NCBI GenBank assembly: GCA_964016885.1
Contig: OZ024743.1
Coordinates: 55,800,001-55,864,000, forward strand
Reading direction: 5' to 3'
Source: Eledone cirrhosa
Lineage: Eukaryota
Length of the DNA stretch: 64,000 bases
A model generated the notes under the pieces. The model did not search any database. It was not told the origin of the DNA and saw only the letters and a list, made by a program, of their open reading frames with translations. Shown here one piece after another: positions 50,431-64,000 of the stretch. Numbering within the stretch: position 1 is the first letter of the stretch; every line of letters starts with the position of its first letter. Made by a program: the position numbers and the translations under genes.

Positions 50431-50880
50431 AGAAGTCGACCTTAAGTTGGAGTAATAACATTAAGAAAGACATGAACGACACCACAACACTATGTTTTGA
50501 AAATTTTGAAAATAGGTTTATAAATATGAATTTTCATTAGATTTTCGTAGTTGTCTCTGTGGTCTAGCGGTAGGTACTAGAGACGGTGGCGATGCTGGCA
50601 TTGGGTTCAATCCTGGTCAAGAGGCACATGTACACTTTTTCAGTTTTTATTTTACAACCCATAGGAAAAAACTGAAAAGGTTTACTGGGAACCCGACCAG
50701 GATCGAACTTCAAACCACGATCACCACTGCCTATGATTCCTCCAACTAGGCCACAGAGACAGCTACAAAAGTATAATGAAAATTGATAATTATAAACCTA
50801 CTTTCAAAATCAAAGTTAAAAAGATGTGGCGTCATTCATGGCTTTCCTAGAGCTATTAGTAGTATTTAGGGTCGACTTCT
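50431..50880. repeat. About 450-bp imperfect inverted repeat, each arm carrying a tRNA-like Pol III A/B-box module
   Basis: Ends agaagtcgac / gtcgacttct. Left arm gtctctgtggtctagcgg...ggttcaatcc...ttttt; right arm (minus strand) gtctctgtggcctagttgg...agttcgatcc...tttttt. Confidence 0.75.
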
Positions 50881-51146
50881 GGTCATTATTGAATGTCTCT
50901 GGAGAAGGTAAGATATTTTTCCGCAAAAATTGGATTTCCTTGTTTTGTTTCCACTTCCATGTATTTTTCGAAAATGTTATTTATTCATTATAAAAATTAA
51001 ATGATAGCATTCTATATGTAGGTGGGCCCACTTCATCTCCTGGCAACCAATATGTTTAGACCCAGTCCACCACTGTATATGTGTGTGTGTATGTGTATGT
51101 GTATACATACACACATATGCATTATATATATATATATATATAATAT

Positions 51147-51282
51147 AACGAAGGAAGTGTGGTAAGGAACCAAGTGGACCATAACGCACCAAAGTACTCA
51201 ATACTTAGGGTAGTAGAATGGGTAATAGGAACGAGTAGGGCCCCGACGGCTTGAGCTCAGCCTTCGGGGTCCTACTAGTTCC
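51147..51282 (-). mobile_element. Short 'GACCCCGACGGC' family cassette folded back at the GAGCTC loop
   Basis: taggaacgagtagggccccgacggcttgagctcagccttcggggtcctactagttccta. Confidence 0.7.
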
Positions 51283-51319
51283 TATATATAATATATATAT
51301 ATATATAGTATTAAAAAGT

Positions 51320-55000
<3,681 letters not shown>

Positions 55001-55453
55001 GCTTTCGTAGATGCTTTTGTTAGTTCGTCCCTCGTGCTTCGTTTTTTCCGTGAGCAATTTGGCTCTACATCTATCTTGATCTCTCTCTCTGCGTGTCTCT
55101 CTCTTTCTCACTCTCTCTCACTCCCCCTCTCTCTCTATCTATCTCTATCTCTCGCCATCTTCCTCTCTGTCTCTCTCTCTCTCCATCTCGCTATCTCCCT
55201 CTTTGTCTCTCTGTAAGTGTGTGTGACTGTGTTTATGTATCCATGGGCATATGTATTTGTGTGTGCCGATGGTATTTTTGGTGGCTGGTGCTGTACAGTG
55301 CTGTCACAAGACGTTAGATCAAAGTCAATCCGGATGAGAGAGATAGCTATGTGTCTTTGCTTGTGATCTTCATCTTTATTGTGGCCACTTGTCACAAGCA
55401 ATTGTTCAAAACTTTTACCTCATACCTGCAACAGACCAGTATCTCCGGTTGCA

Positions 55454-55571
<118 letters not shown>

Positions 55572-55628
55572 TTATCTTTGTTTCCTTTTGTCTATATATC
55601 TCTCTATATTTATCTATCTCTATGTTTA

Positions 55629-55680
<52 letters not shown>

Positions 55681-55831
55681 CTATATATGTCTGTCTGTCT
55701 GTCACCTCTTTGCTTTCTCTAAAATATAGATGTATTTCCGCCACCAACACCCCAGCCAGTACGCTCGCTCCACCAACAGAAAAATGTACTTACTTTATAT
55801 AATCTTGTTTCAAACAAAACTAGAAGACTTA

Positions 55832-55878
<47 letters not shown>

Positions 55879-56319
55879 GCTCTCGCTCTCTCTCTCGCTC
55901 TCGCTCTCGCTCTTTCTCTTTCTTTCTTTCTTTCTTTCTTTCTCTCTTTCTCTTTGCCCCCCCCTCTCTCTCTTTTCTTTCTGTCCTTCGGTCTACCTTT
56001 TTCTCTCTATCTCCCTCTCTCCCCTCTCTCTTTTTTCTTCCATGCCCCCCCCTCTCTCTCTCTGTTTTCCTCTCTCTCCGTCTCTCTTTCTTTCCTTCTG
56101 TTTCCCTCTCGCTCTCCCCTCTCTCTTTCTTTCTTTCCTTCTGTTTTCCTCTCTCTCTCTCTCTCTCTTTCTTTCTTTCCTTCTCTTTTCCTCTCTCTCT
56201 TTCTCTCTCTCCCTCTTTCATTAATTTATTTTTATTTGACTTTGTTTCCTTAGTTAACAAGGAGAGCAGTAAGTCTGTAGAGAGTTGATTGTCGTTGTTT
56301 TCTCTCTCTTGGTCCATTT

Positions 56320-56865
56320 TATGATGATGATGATGATCATCATCATCAGCGTCGTGAACCACATCATCACCATCATCATAATCATCGTCACAATCACCAT
56401 CATCACCATCATCACCATCACCATCATCATAATTATCGTCACCATCATCATCATCATCTTCATCATCGTTAACACTTTTTCTTTCTCCTCGTCTTTTTCA
56501 TTTCTCCTCCCCTATTGCCATCATCATCGCCATCCTCATACCACCACCACCACCACCTCCACAACCACCATCATAACCATCATCACCATCGTCATCGTCC
56601 ACATCACCATCATCATCCTCACCATCACCACCACCACCATCATCATCATTATTATCATCACATTATCATCATAATCGTCATTCTTATCATTACCACCACC
56701 ACCACCACCACCATCTTCATCATCATCATCATCATCATCACCGCCACCATCAACACCACCACCACCACCATCATCCTCATCCTCATCATTATTACCGCCG
56801 CCACCATCACCACCAGGTGAGGATGATGCTGGTGATGATGATGATAGTAATGATGATGATGATGC
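56320..56865. repeat. (CAT)n/(CAC)n degenerate array
   Basis: Direct reading. Confidence 0.9.
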
Positions 56866-57009
56866 TAAGTCATGATATAACAAGAGATAACACAGATTGT
56901 TGAGGTGTCGTATTTATGCCGCCCTTCCTAACATATAATTGCGCATGCTCAGTGGTGCATGGATGGATTAACTCGGTAACTACTAGTTACTAACCTGGAT
57001 AGCTAATAA

Positions 57010-57178
57010 AAGCGCACACATGTTTCTGTGGATAAGGAGTTCGTCTGTAATCACGTGGTTTCGGGTTCAGTACGACTGCGCGGAGCAGCACCTTAACCAA
57101 TTGTATTCTACTATAAACATGGGTTGACCAATGCCTTCTTAGTGGAATTTTGTTGATAGAACTCGTGTGAAAGGCCTG

Positions 57179-57180
<2 letters not shown>
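57010..57180 (+). mobile_element. Decayed tRNA-headed SINE (family C)
   Basis: gggttcagtacgactgcgcgg...caccttaacc...ttctactata...gaccaatgccttcttagtgga; related to 6360-6500. Confidence 0.6.
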
Positions 57181-57259
<79 letters not shown>

Positions 57260-57264
<5 letters not shown>

Positions 57265-58648
57265 TATAAAGCTGACGGCCGTATGTAGGTATCAAACATC
57301 CGCCAAACGGCTGGACCAAACAGCATCAAATTTGCACCATAAATGTAACTTTTTCCAAGTAAAAAAGTGAGGGTATTTTTGTCTACTGAATTTTGTTAAA
57401 GGATTAAAGACATTATTTAAATATTCACTTCTTTAAAATTTCAAAATTTCAAATGTCAACACTTCCGGTTATACGTCACTCCTTACTTTTTCCTATGAAA
57501 GCGCACAACATTCCCCTCTTTTTCTTAGTCTTTCTTTTTAGATAGATACATAGCTATTACGTAGCGCCCTTATAAAATGTCTCTGTATGTATGACTGTCT
57601 GCATTAGATAACGTTTTTCGAAATATTTACGTCTGCGTTCACAGACTGATTTTTATAATTACGGGTGAAGCAGCGATTCTTTGCTTAAACTTTAATGTTA
57701 TTTTGATATATATATTCGTGTACAGATATTTTTGCATACACAAAAACAAAAACCTATTTATTTCACGAAAGCTCATTGTTACTGTTCGAGGTTAGAGGAC
57801 CACTCTTTCCAAGATCTGAGAACCATCAATGGCCATCAATGTTCCACTTACCGTTTGGCTTGCCAGATGCGTGGTATGTTACACTATGACAGCCATTGGC
57901 ACCTCACCCTGCAAGAAGCAGCAACTGCTAAAGTCCCTTCTCAGCTGCGAAAACTTTTTGCACAACTGCGATCTCGCCGACCCTCTCGCAATGTGGAACA
58001 ACCACCGCGAAAGTCTAGCTGAGGACATCCCCCACCGCACACGCAGACACAATCCGAACGTAACATACGATTACGTTTTCAATGAGGCGCTCATTTGTCT
58101 TGGAAACAGTGTCCTGGAGATTGGTGGTTGGCCTCTAAGTCACTACAGCTAACATGCTCCTGACAGGAGTGTCCAGGGGTCAATGTCTACAGAGCTTCTT
58201 CGTGAGACGAGCTACGAATCAGTGATTCTCCCATCGTCAATTGTATGTAGGATGCTCTCGGGTGAGCTCGCCAAACAATCTCTTCATCTTTTCTCCGGAG
58301 GGCCGAACAAAACATATTGTATACTCTGAGGCTCTAACAATGTAATTTAAATATTTTCTGTTACTTGGAATTTCCATTATGGTTGTACAAATTATTGTTT
58401 GTTAAAAAATGTGTTCTCTGTTCAGCGTTTATTGTTGTAACTATCAATTTTCTTTAATGTACTGGCTACTGAACTGGGCAATCCTAAAAACTATTCAAAC
58501 CCAACATCAGAGCACGTTAACGCCCCCCCCCCCCCCTCGCTGACCTGAGAGGGCGTGCGGTATCTTTGCAATGGAGTGGAGGGGGGATTCCTGAAAAGAT
58601 AAAATGCCGGTATACCTAACCGGACGTCATCCGGACGGGCCATCAAGT
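57260..58648 (+). mobile_element. Internally deleted Helitron
   Basis: 5' tatactataaagctga...aaacggctggacc; RepHel fragment SFQDLRTINGHQCSTYRLACQMRGML...LQEAA...PSQLRKLFA / CDLADPLAMWNNHRESLAEDI; 3' hairpin CCGGA-cgtca-TCCGG then caagt; flanked by (TA)n. Confidence 0.85.
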
Positions 58649-59409
58649 ATATATATATGAATGTAATTATAGTATATTTGGTAATAAAAAGCGTATGTTT
58701 AATTCAAAACATTTTGAAGACCTTGCGCTATCATGCATGAAAAAAAAGGTGTGTATTGTGTATATATTTATATATATATATGTATGTATACATACATACG
58801 TACATACACACGCACATACATACACACATACATACCTTGTTACATGGTGTATATTTTCCTTGTGTAGTGATACGTATATATATGTATGAATTTATGTGTG
58901 TATGCATTCATACGCATATACATATACACATACATACACACACACACATATACACACACTTACACATACACATCTTGTTACATGTGCGTGTATTTTCATT
59001 GAGTAATGGAGCTTATATATGTATGAGTTTGTGTTTCTGTTTACATACATACGCATATACACATATATACACACATATATACATGCACACACATACATAC
59101 ACCCAGACATACACATCTTGTTACTTGTGCGCGTGTATATGTTATGCGTAATGTTGTATATGTGTGTCTGTGTGTTTGCTTTGCTGTTGTATGAAGCATG
59201 TGTATAACGAATGAGGTAGTAAAAAAGTAAGTGGCTGAAAACTGACTATGATCTACATGTGATCTCATGAGCTCATTAATCTCTCAATGTTAGCTTAATG
59301 CTGTTTTAAATATCATCAAGAACCGAGGTGAACCTAACTTCCCACGGGAACAGCAAGGATCTTTGGATATCATACCCAGTTAACACAACAGCAAGGACTA
59401 CTTCATTAT

Positions 59410-60790
59410 CCGAGGTTGTATTTGTCTAGTAAATGACTTGTTCTGAGACCGTATGTTGAAATTAAAGTAATTACATCGTAGTAAAGTCGTTTTAGTTTTA
59501 ACCATTGAAAAACACACAGAAACAGATGATACGAAAAAAGATATGATAAATACATTGAAATTAACAGTTCCGGCATTGGACTTGTGTCTGTGTGGCAATT
59601 TGGTTTGACCTGAGACCGTGTATTGAAATTAAAACGATGCATCGTGGAAAAGTCATTTTAACCATTCAACAAAAAAAAGGAAAAGAAAAAAGAAAGTAAA
59701 TAAATAAAGAAAGAAAGAAAGTAACACGAATGGATATGATCTGACGATCGGACCTAGGAAACAATGTTTCAATTGGACCCTCCATCGCTGATACTATCTA
59801 CCTGTGGCAACACCTGGCAAAAGGAGCGACGTGAAATAAAAGTATTTTGCTTCAAAACACAATGCACCGTCCGGTCTATGTTTCGACCCACAACCTTATT
59901 ATGATAACGAATCCCACGCTCTAATCATTAGGCCACGTGTCTGTTACAAGACACATGATCAATAAACGTCAGTAATTACATCATAGGAGAATCATTTTAG
60001 TCATTCAAAAACACACCAAAACTGTTGACACGAAGAAATAAATGTTAAATATAAGTGAAGTTCATAGTTTCGGCGTTAGATTTGTATTGAAACTAAAACG
60101 ATACATCGTGGAAGAGTCGTTTTAGCCACATTTGTGTTTGTCTGGTAAGTGACATATGAGACCTTGTGTTGAAATTTAAGCAATTATTATGAAAGGGTCA
60201 TTATAAATACAGTTGTACTTGTCTAGCAAGTGACTTGATCAGAGATTGTGTGTTAAAATTAAAGCAATTACACCGTGAAAGATTCGTTTTAGCCACAGTT
60301 GTACATGTCTGACAAATTACTTTATCTGAGAGAGTGTCTTGAAACTAAAACAAATACATTGTGAAAGATTAATTTTAGCCACAGTTGTATTTGTTTGGCA
60401 AGTGACTTGGTATCACATTCTGTGTCGAAATTACACAAATACATTGTAAAACAGTCATTTGAGCCACAGTCATAAATGTCTGGCAAGTGACTATCTGAGA
60501 CAATATGTTGAAATTAAAAAAATTACATTGTAGAAAAGTCATTTTAACCGCAGCCGTAAATGTCTGGCAAGTGACTTGATCTGAGAGAGTATGTTGAAAT
60601 TACACAAATACATTGTAAAAAAGTAATTTGAGCCACAGTTGTACATGTCTCACAAGTGACTCTTATCTGAGACTGTATGTTATAATTACACAATTACATC
60701 GTGAAAGAGTCATTTTAGTCACAGTTGTAATTGTCTGGCAAGTGACTTGATCTGAAAGCGTGTATTAAAACTAATGTTATTACATTGTGA
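59410..60790. repeat. About 85-bp minisatellite (about 8 tandem copies at 60080-60790, plus dispersed upstream copies)
   Basis: Unit starts (ccacagtt-like) at 60293, 60379, 60464, 60548, 60633 and 60719. Confidence 0.9.
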
Positions 60791-62463
60791 AAAAAAACTC
60801 AAAAACTGTTTTCACTTTACAGTTATATCTTGGTGTTAAATTGTTTGCAAACTAGTTATTGAAACCATCTTGCTATTTCAATATCATCGTCATTAGAATT
60901 TTCTTTTATTCTAAAAAAGATATTACTCTTGCGTATCCATTCCGTATGCATATACGAGTAAGTTGTATGAAAACATTTGGCTTAGTGGTTAGGGTAAAAG
61001 ATTCGTTATTATAAAGCTATGAGTTCGATTTCCGGTGTTCCATTGTTCGAAACTGGAATACTCGCCGTCAGAAACAACGAAAATCCAACATCAACAATAT
61101 ATACAACTTACACACGCGCGTGTGCATGTATATATATATATGTTTTTTTTGGGGGGGGAGGGGGACTTCTAGTCTTCATTAAGACATCTCTCAAGGAGGT
61201 CACCCTGATATAAAACCTGCGACTTCGTTTGCATCCAATGATGTAGACCAGTTCTACTTTTTGGGTAAATGCATTCGATGTTCAAAGATTGGGACTGGTC
61301 CCGTGCAAAGCCTTTCCTCGCTTAAAAAAAGCTTCAAGCACAGGAATCGCTTGATTTGTAACATTTTTTGCGATGCATGGCATTGCTGGCCATAGGCAAG
61401 TCCCTAACAAGACTAAAAAGCCAGCCTGTGGTGCTCATGTTTAAGTTTCAATCGACGGCATTACTCGAAATCGAGTTACAGCCATCATCATCATGCATGT
61501 ATGTATGTATGTATGTATGTATGTATGTATGTATGTATGTCGAGGTAAACTTTGACTTTCATTCATTCGTGTTCGTTAAAACAGTACCAGTCAAATGCTG
61601 GGGTCGATTCTTCCTCTATATTTCTTTCTCACTCTCTCTATCCTTCTCTGGAAGAAATCTGCTGTATTCAGACCTGGAGAGGAGATGGGCTCTGCCTGGT
61701 TTTAAAATAATGCCAAAGAGTCGCCGTGTGTAAATACTGCACCCCGACGACTCCCACAAGAGTTACGGGACCCTACATACATATATGTAAGTATGTATGT
61801 ATGCATGAATGTATGTTTGTATGTTTGTTTGTTTGTAGGAATATATATATATATATATGCGTCTATGTGTGTATGTGAGCGTGTGTGCACGTGCATGGAC
61901 CTCCGTCGGTTGTAATGATAAGTGTTTCTTATGATCCTGAGTCGAACACCCTAACGACTAAGTCACGCATCTTCACGTGTGAAATACTAAGTAGGAACAA
62001 AAGAATCTCATTGAGTTATATTACATAATAGAGGTCGAATGTGTGAATGAAAAGGAGGATAAACATTGGTGAGCATGAGTGTGAGGGAGCACAGAGAGAG
62101 AGACAGAGAGAACAAGGAGTAAGTGAATGAGTGAATGATGATAATGTAATGATAGGTGTGGTGGTGGGAGGAGTGAAATTAGAAAAGAGAGGACAGGAAT
62201 TGAGTGAATGAATGAATAAGTAAAAGATTAGAAATAGAGAGAAGGAGATGGAAAGAGAGTTGGGTAGAGAACTGGGGAGGAGGAAAGATAGAGAATAAAC
62301 AGGGACGAGTGAGTGAAAGATGAGAAAATAATGAGAGAGGGAAGCAATAGAGAGAAGGGGGAGAGGTTTAGGAAAAGAGAGACCAAGAAGAGACGAGTGA
62401 GTGAGTGAAAGATGAGAAAGTAGTGGGGGGGAGTGAGAGAGAAAGAAAGAAAGAAAGAAAGAC

Positions 62464-62494
<31 letters not shown>

Positions 62495-62691
62495 ACAGAG
62501 AGAGGAAGAAAGAGAGGGAGAGAGAGAGAGAGAAAGAAAGACAGAGAGAAGAAGGAAGAGAAAGAGAGAGAAAGAAAAGAGAGAGAGAAACAGAGAAAGA
62601 AAGAGAGAAAGAGAGAAAGATTGCGAGAAATAGAAAGAGAAAAAAAAAGAAAGACAGAGATACAAAGAGAGAAAGAAAGCGAGAAAGAGAA

Positions 62692-62722
<31 letters not shown>

Positions 62723-62984
62723 AAGATAAAAATTACGAGAGAATGAAAGAGAGGGAGAAAGAGAAAGAGCGAGAGGGAAATAAATAAAGAGAGAGAGAAC
62801 GTGAGTTAGATTGATTGATTTTTTTTCCACCCTAAATCGAGTGACCCCTATTTATGAGGGTATGAATGGGTTTCTGACATTGATATATATCTATATAACC
62901 TTTAACTCTTACTATCTTTACAGGGTGACACTTTTGGACAGCTTTACCGACATTTATTTACCACATCCAGCCAGCCCACCATAA

Positions 62985-64000
62985 CACTACACAACAACAC
63001 TACATCACAACACTACATCACACTACAACACTACACCACAACACTACACTATATCACAACATTACATCACGCTACAACACTACACCACACCACAACACTA
63101 CACCACAACACTACACCACAACACTAAACCATACCACAACACTACATTACACCACAACACTACACCACAAAGCTGAACCACACGACACCACTACATCACA
63201 CCACAACACTACACCACACCACATCACACCACAACGCTACATCACATCCAACACTACATCACACCATACCACACCACACCACACTACACCACAACACTAC
63301 ACAACAACACTACACCACAACACTACACTACACCACACCACAACACTACACCACACCACAACACTACACCACAACACTACATTACACCACAACACTACAT
63401 CACACCACAGCACTACACTACACCACAACACTACACCACAAGACTACGCCACACCACAACACTACACCACACCACAACACTACACTACACCACAACACTA
63501 CACCACACTACAACACTACATCACATAACAACACTACACCACACCACAACACTACATCACAACACTATACCACAACACTACACCACACCACAACACTACA
63601 CTACATCAAAACACTACACCACACCACAGCACTACACCACATTACAACAGTACACCACAACACTACACCACACCACAACACTACACTACATCACACCACA
63701 ACACTACACCACACCCCACTACACTACATCAAAATACTACATCACACCACAACACTACACCACATTACAACACTACACCACAACACTACACCACACCACA
63801 ACACTACACCACAACACTACAACACATTACAACAGTACACCACAACACTACACATCAACACCACACCACACTACACAACAACACTACATCACAACACTAC
63901 ATCACACTACAACACTACACCACAACACTACACTATATCACAACAGTACATCACGCTACAACACTACACCACACCACAACACTACACCACAACACTACAC
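62985..64000. repeat. (caccacaacacta)-based satellite running off the window end
   Basis: Direct reading. Confidence 0.95.

Noticed and set aside
62918-62945. TACAGGGTG matching the mariner terminus at 14452
   Set aside because: Only 9 nt match, same orientation, no partner TIR or transposase.

Overview
Repeat-dominated eukaryotic DNA, most likely from an octopod cephalopod. This is inferred from the abundant tRNA-derived SINE families and the (TA)n/(CA)n/(GA)n density; it is not proven. No complete host gene is present, and almost all ORF-track entries are translations of microsatellites. Recognisable content: two decayed Penelope-like element (PLE) RT regions, one 5'-inverted with a C-terminal GIY-YIG domain; CR1-type and RTE-type LINE fragments; a Tc1/mariner fragment; two Helitron remnants; a hAT MITE with an 8-bp TSD; many SINEs; several satellites, including a 7-kb array with a 2713-bp higher-order period; a 200-N gap; and a few candidate + strand exons. 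The main unannotated signal is about seven sequence-unrelated families of hammerhead-ribozyme (HHR) motifs. They sit in short, often palindromic, PLE-terminal-repeat-like cassettes, most inserted in or beside (TA)n tracts. They include minimal dimer-type forms, U3-A8 core covariants, forms with U.U at the base of stem II, and forms with a very long stem II. All structures were read by eye; activity is untested.
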